This document shows positions 9,352 through 19,163 of a DNA stretch of 35,470 bases, one piece after another. How positions within the stretch are numbered: the first letter of the stretch is position 1; the number at the start of each line of letters is the position of its first letter. The translations under genes and the position numbers were made by a program. The stretch comes from an uncultured virus (IMG/VR IMGVR_UViG_3300046536_000804). Taxonomy: Duplodnaviria; Heunggongvirae; Uroviricota; Caudoviricetes. The DNA is taken from IMG/VR virus record IMGVR_UViG_3300046536_000804; one strand, written 5' to 3'. The notes beneath the pieces are model-generated. The model did no database searches and was not told where the DNA came from. It saw only the letters and a list, made by a program, of their open reading frames with translations.

Positions 9352-9557
9352 TACTTTTTCTCCTTTTTACGAATGACGCAGGCGAAGGTCGACACAAACT
9401 TCAGCTCCATGACCGAACGCCATTCACTGAGACCGTGCTGGGTCGTATCGATAAGGGCGAGATCGCCGTTACGGGTGTAGCCGTTGCTGACCCGGTGGTA
9501 ACCGGCAGGGGCGTCAATCTTGACGACCCTGCCATCGACTTTCAATGAGACTTTCAC
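9351..9557 (-). CDS. hypothetical protein
   Basis: overlap-coupled ORF. Confidence 0.55.
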   Translation of the reverse strand: MKVSLKVDGRVVKIDAPAGYHRVSNGYTRNGDLALIDTTQHGLSEWRSVMELKFVSTFACVIRKKEKK

Positions 9558-10096
9558 GCTTTGACCGCCTCCCCGGTTGCTTGCTTGATGACACCGAGGA
9601 GACCGTCCAGTTCAACCGCGGTGAACGACTTGTTGAGCTTCATCATCGTGATGAGCGTGGCGAGATCTTTCATCCCAGTAAGCATTCGCAGAAGCACGTC
9701 TGCGGGGATAAGAACCGGGCAGACGAGGCTTTCCAGAGCGTCGGTGCCGTCGCCTTGCCACGACCAGTAGTCACCGAGGGATTTATCAATGTGGCGGGAA
9801 TTCTCGGCCTTCAGCTTGGTCACTTGCAATTGCAGCGAGGTGTGGGCGTCCAGGAGGTTTTTGACAACAGCGATCGGCACGGCGCCAAGGCGTTGTTCTT
9901 CCCAGGGCTTGCTGTTGAACGGCCACAGGAAGTTGAACACCTCGAGACCGGTGTTCAGGATACCCAGATATTCACGGCACACCTCCGCGGCACCTGTAAG
10001 GGCGTCGGCTTTCGCCGGCAACATGGGAACCAACGATTGCCTCAAGTCGTCGGCAGCAGACAGAAGTTCAGCCTTCTCTCGGATGGTTGTCGTCAT
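9554..10096 (-). CDS. hypothetical protein
   Basis: 180-aa ORF, AAGGAG SD, motif WSWQGDGTD.LESL.CPV. Confidence 0.65.
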   Translation of the reverse strand: MTTTIREKAELLSAADDLRQSLVPMLPAKADALTGAAEVCREYLGILNTGLEVFNFLWPFNSKPWEEQRLGAVPIAVVKNLLDAHTSLQLQVTKLKAENSRHIDKSLGDYWSWQGDGTDALESLVCPVLIPADVLLRMLTGMKDLATLITMMKLNKSFTAVELDGLLGVIKQATGEAVKA

Positions 10097-10352
10097 CAGT
10101 TAACTCCTTAACGTATTCAGGATCGTGCAGCGGTGCGTCTTCCACCCCAGATGCATAGCCTTCCTGATAGGCCGACAGCAATGCCTTCGAAATGTCGGCA
10201 TGCAGTTGGGCAAGTTTCAACAGTCTCGCCGATCGATCGTTAGCGAGGGGTAACCAATCGTCGAAGGCGGTCGGAAGTGATTTCGCAATGATCTGGTCGG
10301 CTTCGTCGCCGCAAAAGTCGATTGCCTCGGCCTCGTCGACTTCGTCGTACAT
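10068..10352 (-). CDS. hypothetical acidic protein (paralog of 10372..10620)
   Basis: start MYDEVD; II..SLP...I..AL..AY..GY shared. Confidence 0.6.
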   Translation of the reverse strand: MYDEVDEAEAIDFCGDEADQIIAKSLPTAFDDWLPLANDRSARLLKLAQLHADISKALLSAYQEGYASGVEDAPLHDPEYVKELTDDDNHPREG

Positions 10353-10371
10353 GTTTTGAGCTCCTCTGGGT

Positions 10372-10620
10372 TTAACCACCGCCGCCGTCGTTGTCGTTTT
10401 GGCCTGCCGCGTAGCCATCCCAGTAAGCATCCCGCAACGCCCGGGCGATACGGTCTCGCAGCCGGATGGATTTCCTGGTGCGTACACGGCTTTCGCGATT
10501 CGACTCGCTCTCTCGTTCGATATCGCCGGGCGGCAGGGATGTGACGATGATCGTTTCAGCTTTCTCGGCCCAGTGTTCGGCTTCAGAATCTGGGTCTTCG
10601 TCGTCGAAGTCTTCACTCAT
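10372..10620 (-). CDS. hypothetical acidic protein (paralog of 10068..10352)
   Basis: II..SLP...I..AL..AY..GY shared. Confidence 0.6.
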   Translation of the reverse strand: MSEDFDDEDPDSEAEHWAEKAETIIVTSLPPGDIERESESNRESRVRTRKSIRLRDRIARALRDAYWDGYAAGQNDNDGGGG

Positions 10621-11123
10621 GTCACCGATCCTCCAAGCTGTACAAATTGATCACACTCGACTTCCACCGAACCAATTCCTCTCACGCAAGATCGACGAGC
10701 GGCATACTCGGCTTTCGCGGTTTCTAGTTTCGTACATCGACCGCACAGTCCGACAGCCCATTGGCGTACAACCTTGAGTTGAATCTGGTTTTTCAATTCC
10801 AGAACAGCTTCCCGCCATTTATCAGGCCACAACCCTGGAATCGTCACGACGTCAATTTGCTTGTGAACCCACGACTTCTCGTGACAGTTTGAACACTCGG
10901 TTATCACCGATACATGTCCGGCCTTCGGGTAGTAGGGATTAAGCACAAGAATACTCGCCGCCTCCTCCCAGTCGTTCGGGTGGGCAACGAACTGACAATG
11001 GGGACAAGTCTCAAAGTCAGTTCGATGCCCCATTCCCTGCTCCGGACCGTCATTGACGACCCTTCTGTGCCTGCTCACGTTGCCGGTCCTCCAGGGGTCC
11101 ACGATCGGTGGCATTTCGAACAA
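10617..11123 (-). CDS. zinc-ribbon protein
   Basis: CPHC, CSNC, CGRC; start uncertain. Confidence 0.55.
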   Translation of the reverse strand: MFEMPPIVDPWRTGNVSRHRRVVNDGPEQGMGHRTDFETCPHCQFVAHPNDWEEAASILVLNPYYPKAGHVSVITECSNCHEKSWVHKQIDVVTIPGLWPDKWREAVLELKNQIQLKVVRQWAVGLCGRCTKLETAKAEYAARRSCVRGIGSVEVECDQFVQLGGSVT

Positions 11124-11358
11124 CGGGTGATTGGGGCGCCGGAGATTCCTTCAGGACCGGCGTCGATCAGGAAGAAGATGCAGCCGACCTGGAAGCAGAA
11201 CCGACACGGTTCATTCTCGAGGAAGCCCCACTCGCCTTGGTGAACAGGCCAGGACGGATAACTGTCGCACACGGCCGACACGATGATTGGCGTGTGAAAT
11301 ACATCGAGCTTAGACGGGACATTAGAGCCGGTTTGATCGGCAAGAAGTTCTTCAGCGT

Positions 11359-11709
11359 TCATGGTCCCTCCTCTGGGATTTCCTGGCTTGAATCACGACC
11401 AGGCTTGGCGCCGTGACGGCGTGCTTCATGGTAGCGACCGTGCTGCACGCCGACCATGTAAACCTCGTAGCACGATTCGCAGTAGACACGATCGTCGTCG
11501 TGAGGCTCATTGATCGAGACGGCCACCCGGTGATGCGCAGTGGCCTCACACGAGTCGCAGAACAGGACCTCATCGTTGTCGTCGAGAAGGTTGCCCTCGT
11601 CGTCGAAGACATCCTCAGGGATTGAGTTTTCGCTGGTCACGGATGTTTGTCCTCCGATTCGAGCTTCAGCAGGGTCCAGACGCCATCGGCGAACCCGTAG
11701 CGATGACAC
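11359..11709 (-). CDS. acidic zinc-finger-like protein
   Basis: CDSC...CESC; start uncertain. Confidence 0.5.
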   Translation of the reverse strand: MSSLRVRRWRLDPAEARIGGQTSVTSENSIPEDVFDDEGNLLDDNDEVLFCDSCEATAHHRVAVSINEPHDDDRVYCESCYEVYMVGVQHGRYHEARRHGAKPGRDSSQEIPEEGP

Positions 11710-12716
11710 TCACCGCCACAGACGTTGGGGACGCCGAGCATCTCGATCTCGCTGTCTGCTATAAAGGTCGGCGTCCCCCCACTGAATACCGAATCGCGTA
11801 AGCTGGGTCGACGAGACCATATCTCGACACCGTTAGGCACTTGACTATCGGGACCGTCTCGCGATACCCAGCGAATCACCTGCGAAGGTTGCTGACTGTC
11901 TCGATGCTCCTCGGCCTTGGTCAGATCGTTGAAGCCTGCGTCGAGCTTGTCGCCGCAGTAGACGAGGTAACGGAAGTCGCCCGTACTGTCTTCCACGTGC
12001 CACTTCTGCTTACCCGTCATCATCTTGTGGATCGTCTCGGCGTACTGATCCGAAAGAGCCTGAAGCTTGGCAATCTCTTGCTTGTCGATCGACTGCCCAG
12101 CATAAAGGCCTTGAATCCTTTCTTCGTACTTGCTACCGAGCTCGCGGAGACGAGCGATCTCGTCGTCCTTCGCAAGGCCGCCATTCAAGCGATTGACGAC
12201 CTCGCGGTTCAGAAGTGAACAGCTAGGGCTCAAGCGGATGAAGGAAGTATCGTCAGGACTATCTGTGTAGACTCTTACAGATAAAGCGTTTGCAGGCACT
12301 GGTTGACTCCCTTGACTGGTTAGTGGTTGCCTCGTCAACTCCTGAAGCAGCTCGTCATACCGATCCGTCATGGCTTTGAACCTTTCAAGCTCCTTCTTGT
12401 CAGCCGGTCCAGGAAGACCTTCAATTCGCTGCTTCTGCTTCTCGATAACCGCGTCGAGACGAAGGAGCTCGAAGACCTTGGCCATGTTGAGGTTCATCTG
12501 GTCGACGATCTGGGCGTTGGTGAGAAAGCAATCCAGGCTGTTACTTCGTACGAAGATGTCGGATCGCTTCTGGGCCAAATTTGTGGACACCTTATCGGTC
12601 AAGATGCCATAAGGCACGGTGATTCTCCTTATTTCGGTGGTGTTACAAAGACGTGCCACACTTTGTCGTCGTACTTGACTGTGCCGACGTAATCCTCTGC
12701 ATTGACGTAATCGCAC
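11637..12716 (-). CDS. hypothetical protein with short helical repeats
   Basis: three copies of (D)K.EI.RL..L..KYE-like segment; true start probably near 12617. Confidence 0.6.
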   Translation of the reverse strand: MRLRQCRGLRRHSQVRRQSVARLCNTTEIRRITVPYGILTDKVSTNLAQKRSDIFVRSNSLDCFLTNAQIVDQMNLNMAKVFELLRLDAVIEKQKQRIEGLPGPADKKELERFKAMTDRYDELLQELTRQPLTSQGSQPVPANALSVRVYTDSPDDTSFIRLSPSCSLLNREVVNRLNGGLAKDDEIARLRELGSKYEERIQGLYAGQSIDKQEIAKLQALSDQYAETIHKMMTGKQKWHVEDSTGDFRYLVYCGDKLDAGFNDLTKAEEHRDSQQPSQVIRWVSRDGPDSQVPNGVEIWSRRPSLRDSVFSGGTPTFIADSEIEMLGVPNVCGGECHRYGFADGVWTLLKLESEDKHP

Positions 12717-12901
12717 GGATTGCCGGTGCCGACAACGTGCACGGTGGCGTAATCATACGGTTGGATCGTGTCCACCATCGCCCACAACCAGATACAGCCG
12801 GTCTCATCGTCACCGGTCACTGCAAGTGCAACGGCGCCCTTGGCCATCGGTAATTTCTGCTCATCGGTAGTGATGATTGGATACTTGTGAATCTTCTTCA
12901 C
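12629..12901 (-). CDS. conserved small phage-type protein
   Basis: IHKY...WA.VD...GTG...YVGTV...VWHVF pattern. Confidence 0.7.
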   Translation of the reverse strand: MKKIHKYPIITTDEQKLPMAKGAVALAVTGDDETGCIWLWAMVDTIQPYDYATVHVVGTGNPCDYVNAEDYVGTVKYDDKVWHVFVTPPK

Positions 12902-12971
12902 TGTCAGTCCTTTCGTTGGTCAATGCGGACTTGTTTGGCTTCTTTGACCCGAAGCAAAGGGTTGTTGCCCG

Positions 12972-13364
12972 TCAGGGCAGTTGGTCGATCCCAACCGACG
13001 TACCGATGCCGTGCAGCTCTTTGCTGACCTGCTTGAGGCGGATCTTGGCAAAGACGTCCGGCAGGTTAATGCGATCCAGTTCAGTGTCGATAGCGGTCTC
13101 CGCATCGATACCCATTGCACCAGCCAGGGTCAGCACCGTAACGAGTGTGCCGGCCACTTCTTGCCAGGCGTCGCCGACCGGGCGGCTGAACACGTAATCC
13201 ACCAGTTGGTGGCAATCTTCCTTCGTCAGACCGGCCGCCTGACCGAGTTCGCAGGCTTCCTCGACCACGCGTCGGCCACGCTCTCGCGTATCCTTGACGA
13301 TCTGCTCGCCAAAGCAACGCGTGGCCCAGTTGAAGCACTCCGACTGAATCTCGTGCAGATGCAT
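12972..13364 (-). CDS. MazG-like (all-alpha NTP pyrophosphohydrolase) protein
   Basis: W...FG...ER..R..EEA.EL...QEVAG pattern. Confidence 0.65.
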   Translation of the reverse strand: MHLHEIQSECFNWATRCFGEQIVKDTRERGRRVVEEACELGQAAGLTKEDCHQLVDYVFSRPVGDAWQEVAGTLVTVLTLAGAMGIDAETAIDTELDRINLPDVFAKIRLKQVSKELHGIGTSVGIDQLP

Positions 13365-13423
13365 GATTCCTCCTGGTTGCTAGTCTCTATCCTCATTGAC
13401 CCGAGGGAGAGGGTTGTTAAACG

Positions 13424-13630
13424 CTACTCGTTGTCATCGAAGTACCAGTTGTTCTCGTTTTCTGGGCACTCCTCTCGCATCAAAGCTAAGCATCGCTTGA
13501 TACTCGGCTCGTCTGTGCCGTACGACTCTGTTTCGTGATAACAGCGCTGGCATACGGCTTGAACGCTAGGAATCAACAGGCCACTGTCGTTTTCGAGTTC
13601 AACATCAGAAATCTCAACTGGAACCCGCAT
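13424..13630 (-). CDS. small Cys-containing protein bracketed by 28-bp direct repeats
   Basis: GGAGG SD; CQRC...C...ECP. Confidence 0.7.
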   Translation of the reverse strand: MRVPVEISDVELENDSGLLIPSVQAVCQRCYHETESYGTDEPSIKRCLALMREECPENENNWYFDDNE

Positions 13631-13662
13631 AAAGCCTCCTCAGGGATATTTCCCGGCTGACC

Positions 13663-14286
13663 TCATTGACCCGAGGGAGAGGGTTGTTTTGCCTGGAGAC
13701 GACGCAGACGATCGATCTCTGCCGCAATCAGGGCGCCGGCGATGGTGAGCTTCTTGATATCGTCGAACGGGTACTTATCAGCGACGTGCGTGGCCCGCGC
13801 GGACGGCCACTGAGAGTCAGGCCATTCCTTGGCATAAGCTGCCGGCGTACCTTGATAACCATCAAGGATGAGCTGAGCACACAACCGCAACTGACCGGCC
13901 GTCTGCAGATCGTCACTGATCTCGGTGTAGCCCTTCTCCCAGATCTGTCGCATTCTCTCGGCCGAGATGAGATGAGTGCCGGATCGAAACGTGAGCACCG
14001 GCTTGTCGAGGAACGGCAGGTACGAGCGAATGATCGCCTGGTACGCCTTGACGACTGACTCGAAGGTGAGTGCATCGTCTTCAACGTCTTCGCAGTCGCC
14101 ATAACCGCTCTCGGAGTCCCAGACGACCGTGTCGTCGATGCTCATAGTGTCGGTGTAGCAGGAAGAAGTGACGTGGCAGACTGGCGTGGCCGGCTGGCCG
14201 CCTCGTTCGTCGAGCCAGGCCTGGACCTGGCTTTGTACCTCAGCGATCGTCTTTGACCGACCGCTTTCGTTTTCTGGCTTTGTCAT
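13663..14286 (-). CDS. phage-type protein with AER.RQ...AGALIAAEIDRL domain
   Basis: start MTKPEN; C-terminal domain pattern common in phage accessory genes. Confidence 0.65.
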   Translation of the reverse strand: MTKPENESGRSKTIAEVQSQVQAWLDERGGQPATPVCHVTSSCYTDTMSIDDTVVWDSESGYGDCEDVEDDALTFESVVKAYQAIIRSYLPFLDKPVLTFRSGTHLISAERMRQIWEKGYTEISDDLQTAGQLRLCAQLILDGYQGTPAAYAKEWPDSQWPSARATHVADKYPFDDIKKLTIAGALIAAEIDRLRRLQAKQPSPSGQ

Positions 14287-14689
14287 GGTATTTCCCTGTG
14301 TCTTCTCCAGACCACAAGAACTGCTTCTCGAACGCTCGAAGCAGCATCCGACCAATGACGGCTGCAGTCTTCTTGGGTTGCCGGAGGTGGTGTCGCATGA
14401 ATTCAATGGGCGACGCGAACACGAGTTCGCGATCCGCGGGCAGTTTCAGATCCGGGCTGCTTTTGGCCACGTTGGCCCGGTAGATCGCAGCACCGGCACA
14501 GAGGACAGGTTCGCCATCGCACAGCTTGGTATGGCACTCGATGTGAGTTTCAGAATGGAGCATGTTGCAGTATTCGGCCGGCGTCATATCTGCCAGCCAG
14601 CCTGGAAGCGCCTTGCGACGCATTGGACAGTCTTCGCAGGCTTTGGTGATCTGCTTGCCGACCTCGTTCGCCTCGTTGTAGGTTTTCAT
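14240..14689 (-). CDS. Cys-rich protein (DUF6283-like pattern)
   Basis: C..CP.R...CH...CAG. Confidence 0.55.
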   Translation of the reverse strand: MKTYNEANEVGKQITKACEDCPMRRKALPGWLADMTPAEYCNMLHSETHIECHTKLCDGEPVLCAGAAIYRANVAKSSPDLKLPADRELVFASPIEFMRHHLRQPKKTAAVIGRMLLRAFEKQFLWSGEDTGKYHDKARKRKRSVKDDR

Positions 14690-15045
14690 TCTGCATATTC
14701 CCTCTCGTCCAGGAGGCCCTCAATCTGGCCGTTGCAGTTATCACGGATCTCTGTAATGACCTCCAGGGCTTGAGGATCATCGAGATCCTTGATCAGCTCG
14801 TGGATCGCCCGGTAAACGGGCTCGGCGCTGATCTTGACCGGAACCGGGTTGGGCTTCTTTTTTGCCATCGGTGGGTATCCCATCATGTAACGAGTAAAGT
14901 CACAAACCGCGTCCGTCGCGGCTTTAACCATCGGATCTTCCTCATTGAGAAATGCAAAGATACCATCATGGAATTTCTTTTCGAAGTGGCTCGTCGCGAT
15001 ATACGCCGGCTGTCGCCTAGCTGGCCGTTTCTTCTTCTTCGCCAC
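14686..15045 (-). CDS. hypothetical protein
   Basis: ORF with AAGGAG SD. Confidence 0.55.
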   Translation of the reverse strand: MAKKKKRPARRQPAYIATSHFEKKFHDGIFAFLNEEDPMVKAATDAVCDFTRYMMGYPPMAKKKPNPVPVKISAEPVYRAIHELIKDLDDPQALEVITEIRDNCNGQIEGLLDEREYAE

Positions 15046-15054
15046 GTGTGCTCC

Positions 15055-15537
15055 TTATTTGCCAGGCCAGATAGGTAGAGCGACACCAACAGGAACATCA
15101 CGTGTCACTGCCTGACACTCGGCGGCAAGATCACGCCAGCAAGGCGACGCAGAAGCGAGAGCCACGGCTGTCTCCAGGTCTCGACGAAACTGATCGACCA
15201 ACTCATCCACCGTACCGAACGCCAACTGATGCTTGATAGGAATCTCATCTGGGTAGTAGCTTTGCTTACCTTCCAGATCGGTGGCCATCAGACTGAGACG
15301 CGACGAAGCCTCATCGGTCAGCGAGCATATTGCCGGCTTAACGAATAGAGCAGCGCCGATCGCCAGATAAACCCGCGGACCTGCCGACGTGGTTGTTGGT
15401 TTCGTAGCGTCGTTTGGTTCAGCAATGCCCAAAATTTCACGCATGTTCTTCCGAGACATTTCGGTCATAGCATCATCTGGATGCCTGGGCAGCTTCTCCA
15501 AAGCGTCGAAGAGCTCTTTGTTGATTTCATGGTTCAC
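15055..15537 (-). CDS. hypothetical protein
   Basis: 160-aa ORF. Confidence 0.6.
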   Translation of the reverse strand: MNHEINKELFDALEKLPRHPDDAMTEMSRKNMREILGIAEPNDATKPTTTSAGPRVYLAIGAALFVKPAICSLTDEASSRLSLMATDLEGKQSYYPDEIPIKHQLAFGTVDELVDQFRRDLETAVALASASPCWRDLAAECQAVTRDVPVGVALPIWPGK

Positions 15538-15584
15538 GGCTGGTGGATCCTTTCTTTTTGGCTTATTTCACCAGAAGCGAGGAG

Positions 15585-15920
15585 TTAGGCTAGTTCGGCT
15601 GACGTTGCAGGGCGACACCGGACCCGATGATGACAACTCGGGTCAAACACCGAATCCGCCTCCGCCACATCAGGATGTTCCCACCGAATAAACCTGCCGT
15701 CCTCACTCTCAGCCAGGCGAAACACATCGCCCTTCTTGATGTCGAGGAACTCCGCCTTGCGCCACACACGGCCACGGCGGATCTGAACGTCACGCATGCG
15801 GATCGGCGAGCCGAGTCGACTGTCGGCCGATGAAGGCGAGCAACACGTGGCGAGCCAGCACATGAAAGTGACTGGTGCACTCATCATCACAAGCAGGGCG
15901 AGAAAGATTCGTCGTGACAT
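15585..15920 (-). CDS. hypothetical protein with N-terminal hydrophobic helix
   Basis: start MSRRIFL with AGGAGG SD. Confidence 0.55.
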   Translation of the reverse strand: MSRRIFLALLVMMSAPVTFMCWLATCCSPSSADSRLGSPIRMRDVQIRRGRVWRKAEFLDIKKGDVFRLAESEDGRFIRWEHPDVAEADSVFDPSCHHRVRCRPATSAELA

Positions 15921-15963
15921 CGTGACCTCCTGATAGTTGGCCTCTTTCACCCGAGGCAAAGGG

Positions 15964-16203
15964 TCAGTCTTTCATGTACGGCTCTACCGCCACACTCAAC
16001 GCTTCATAGAAGGTGGCGAACGGGCCGAACCGATTCTCTTCGTCGCCTCGGTTATGCCAGTACCAGCCTTCCTCTCTCCACTCTCTCGGCTGCCCACCCC
16101 AGTACCAGCCAGAGCATTTGGCTCGCGTGAACTCTTTCTTCGTGTCCTCAGCAATGAGCATCATACGCTCAAGCTGAGTAAACACGACCGCAATGTTCGG
16201 CAT
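15964..16203 (-). CDS. hypothetical Trp-rich protein
   Basis: GWYW...GPF; stop overlaps pseudoknot element. Confidence 0.65.
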   Translation of the reverse strand: MPNIAVVFTQLERMMLIAEDTKKEFTRAKCSGWYWGGQPREWREEGWYWHNRGDEENRFGPFATFYEALSVAVEPYMKD

Positions 16204-16297
16204 TGGTCGCTCCCCTCTAGTTGGCCTCTTCGCGGAAAAAGAAACAGAGTTACCCTACAAAACATGATGCCGCACATTCGGCGTCATTTTAGCAAAG

Positions 16298-16507
16298 TCA
16301 TTGCCCGCCCGGCACATGGTGCCGGGCAACGAGAAAGTCGAGAACTCGATTGATCTGATCGTTCTCAAGTTCGTCGAGGATTGCATCGATCTTCTGCAGA
16401 GCCGCGATGTCCACAGCAACTTGCTTGCGCTTTCGCGGCTTCTGTTCACCAGGGGCGTCGGCCTCGTCCTCGACAGGCTCGACGACATTGACGGGTTCTT
16501 CAGGCAC
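16298..16507 (-). CDS. hypothetical protein
   Basis: AGGAG SD. Confidence 0.55.
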   Translation of the reverse strand: MPEEPVNVVEPVEDEADAPGEQKPRKRKQVAVDIAALQKIDAILDELENDQINRVLDFLVARHHVPGGQ

Positions 16508-16559
16508 GTGAAACTCCTAGGGTTAGATCATTGACCGGATCAACACGGATTGGACACAA

Positions 16560-16742
16560 TCAAGAAGCAGGCTGGTCTGGTAACTGAACGCGTTCTTGCA
16601 TGGCCTCGGTATGGCAGGCGATAGTGATTTCAGCCTTGACCAGTTCGACTGCGGCCGACAACTGCTCCGATTGATTGGTCAGCGGGTACAACTCCTTGAC
16701 GATGTTGGTACAGTCCTTGAAGAAGTCGACTGCGGTTTTCAT
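16560..16742 (-). CDS. hypothetical protein
   Basis: start MKTAVD with GAGGAG SD. Confidence 0.55.
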   Translation of the reverse strand: MKTAVDFFKDCTNIVKELYPLTNQSEQLSAAVELVKAEITIACHTEAMQERVQLPDQPAS

Positions 16743-16806
16743 GGCGTCTCCTCGGGTTAGGTGGAAAGTGGTTTTTTGGCGTCGCTGTTTTCGCCCAGCG
16801 GCAGGC

Positions 16807-17376
16807 TCAAGCACTATCGTGGTCCAGGAACTTCTGTTTGCCAGTTGGCGACAGGGCAATACGACTGCTCTCGTTGAGCAGAAACCAGTCACACTGAGCG
16901 ACTGCGGCCTCGGCTCGTCTAATGTCGCACTCAATTGCGAGGCACACCTCAACGAAGACATCTGAGCGGACGCCTTGCGTTTCAAGACGGTTGGCGAGGT
17001 GCCGACCGATGGCAACCGCCAATTGCTCGGGCGTACGGTTGTCCTCCTCCTTTTCCCGGCTCTTCTTCACCGGCGGGGACTTGGACATGGCTTTCGTCTT
17101 CTTACCCGACGAAGAGGGTTTAGTTACTTCCAGTTCGGAATCGTCGTCATCATCCTCACCATTGAGGACCGGCAGAGGTCTGCCGCGACGATCGAGGCAT
17201 TCCTCCTCAACTGGCTCCGATATCGGGGTATTCAACAACTGCTGTTCAATCATCGTCAGCGCGCTATCAACAAGCTCCACGTTCAACTTGATCATCTCGA
17301 TCGACGCACGCAGCGACTGGATCGCAATTCTGACACTGATGGCTGACTCATTGACCGGACGATTACACTTCGGCAT
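16807..17376 (-). CDS. hypothetical protein (coiled coil, acidic/basic linker, possible wHTH C-terminus)
   Basis: 189-aa ORF; carries an internal pseudoknot element at ~17091-17120. Confidence 0.65.
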   Translation of the reverse strand: MPKCNRPVNESAISVRIAIQSLRASIEMIKLNVELVDSALTMIEQQLLNTPISEPVEEECLDRRGRPLPVLNGEDDDDDSELEVTKPSSSGKKTKAMSKSPPVKKSREKEEDNRTPEQLAVAIGRHLANRLETQGVRSDVFVEVCLAIECDIRRAEAAVAQCDWFLLNESSRIALSPTGKQKFLDHDSA

Positions 17377-18067
17377 GGGGGTCTTCCTCGGGTTTGATTG
17401 GCCTGGCAGTTATCTGCCCGGCAGGGTTGACGAACCAGTGGGAGTCCCAATACTTGTTCGGGAACGAGCAAAAGCGGACCTCCACTGGTTTCCCTTTCCA
17501 GACGCCGAGAATGATCAACGACGGGCCATCCTCGGCAACGATATCGGCACCCGTGCAGAAGTCGATGAACGTTCGATCCTCTGTATCGGGCGGCCAAGCA
17601 TTCAAGACCTTGTGGGCGTTTATCGCATCGATTGCATAACCGAAATAGGCCTGCGTGCCGTCACTGGCGCCGCCGACAAACTCAACGACACCTGGCCTGA
17701 TGATGAGGATCGCCTCTTCGGTAGTTGCTTCACCGCTCCAGTCGACCGGAAAACCGGCGTCGATGGATCCTTCCATGAGGGCGCCGAAGAGACTACCGAG
17801 ATACTCCTCGTCATCGATTGGCTGCCCGTCCAGAACAGGGTAGTGGCAGCCCTCTTCGTCGCCACAGCCGTCCTCGTCCTCATACTCCTCGTCGTCTTCA
17901 CGATCCTGTTCGGCTGAGGCCTGCCGTTCGGGCAAGCCAGGATCGTGAGGACAGCCGCCACAGGTACGCGGCTTGGTGCTGAAGCGAAAGCTTACCGCAT
18001 GCGGATCTACCGAGCAACAGTCGTTGCCAAAAAGTCGACGCAGCCAACCCCAGATGGTCCTCATCAT
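17363..18067 (-). CDS. hypothetical acidic protein
   Basis: 234-aa ORF. Confidence 0.6.
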   Translation of the reverse strand: MMRTIWGWLRRLFGNDCCSVDPHAVSFRFSTKPRTCGGCPHDPGLPERQASAEQDREDDEEYEDEDGCGDEEGCHYPVLDGQPIDDEEYLGSLFGALMEGSIDAGFPVDWSGEATTEEAILIIRPGVVEFVGGASDGTQAYFGYAIDAINAHKVLNAWPPDTEDRTFIDFCTGADIVAEDGPSLIILGVWKGKPVEVRFCSFPNKYWDSHWFVNPAGQITARPIKPEEDPHAEV

Positions 18068-18147
18068 CGTGACTCCGGAAGAAAGGTGGTGTCCACGTAT
18101 CGTACAGAAAAGCCAGGTCAGCGACCGGGTCAGTTTTTCGACACCGG

Positions 18148-18594
18148 TTAGTCGAACAGATCACTGCTGCTGCCAAAGTTTAGCCTTCCCAAGAAGGTTG
18201 TGGTCAGTGCGGCCACGTTGAGCGCGGGCGTCACCAGGCCCATCGTGGATGAGAACGGAAGGTAGAGAGATTCCGACGTGTCGGACGGTGGCACTACCCG
18301 ACTGCCCCACTTCGCCACCGGGATGACATAGACCTCGAAGTTCGCGTCTGGATCGATGGATCGAATTCTGCAACCGAGCTTGAACAGGATCTCCCTGTCG
18401 AAGACCGGTTGATTGTCCCGGTATAAACCGAAGTCGATGACGACGGTCGATTCCTTGCCTGGAAGCGACACCTTCGAAGTGCGGCCAATGCTGAGCTGGT
18501 AGGTCTTTCCAGACAGCAGCGTCATGGCCTTGATCAGCGGGGCAACCCGCACGTCGAACAACCGCGTAACACGAACGGTGGCGAACTCTTGCAT
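18148..18594 (-). CDS. hypothetical protein
   Basis: AGGAG SD. Confidence 0.6.
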   Translation of the reverse strand: MQEFATVRVTRLFDVRVAPLIKAMTLLSGKTYQLSIGRTSKVSLPGKESTVVIDFGLYRDNQPVFDREILFKLGCRIRSIDPDANFEVYVIPVAKWGSRVVPPSDTSESLYLPFSSTMGLVTPALNVAALTTTFLGRLNFGSSSDLFD

Positions 18595-18631
18595 TCAAAT
18601 CTCCTGGGAATGGATGACATCGCTGGCGCCT

Positions 18632-19096
18632 TTAACCCGGCGCAGGGGGTTGGAGTTGTTGCTCGAGCGATAACAGAGCTTCAATAGGCAGATCATCGAC
18701 ATGGTCAGCCCTGAACTGCCCATAACGAATCTCGTAGAACTGAATCTGCCCAGTCTTCCAGATGTACTTGATGACCCCGCAGATCGGAAGACAAATGTTG
18801 GCGTACCGCTGCTCGTCCTCCTGTTTGGCCAGAAGAGCCTTAACGCTAACGATCAGATCCTTACGCAGCAAGGCAATTATCATCCCTGGCACGTCAGCGT
18901 CCGGACTGTCGAGCGGGATCGTGCTGTTGACCTCATTGAGACGGACAACTTCAACCCCCTCTTTCTCACTGACGTTCTTGAGACTGCCGACAGTAGCTTT
19001 CGCCTCAGCTATGACGGCTGCATCGGGACCGTCCGGCACCTGAACAACGATCTGGTGCGTAACGATTTGGAAGTCGGCAAAGTAAAACGTTCGCAT
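18632..19096 (-). CDS. hypothetical protein bracketed by ~30-bp direct repeats
   Basis: AAGGAG SD; stop lies inside pseudoknot element. Confidence 0.65.
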   Translation of the reverse strand: MRTFYFADFQIVTHQIVVQVPDGPDAAVIAEAKATVGSLKNVSEKEGVEVVRLNEVNSTIPLDSPDADVPGMIIALLRKDLIVSVKALLAKQEDEQRYANICLPICGVIKYIWKTGQIQFYEIRYGQFRADHVDDLPIEALLSLEQQLQPPAPG

Positions 19097-19163
19097 GGTT
19101 CTCCTTTGGTTGAAAGGATGGGATTCGCTGGCGCCTTTGACCCGACGCAGGGGGGATGATGAT

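Noticed and set aside
17342..17370. Possible extra pseudoknot copy (cattgaccggacg)
   Set aside because: Neither S1 nor S2 pairing is present
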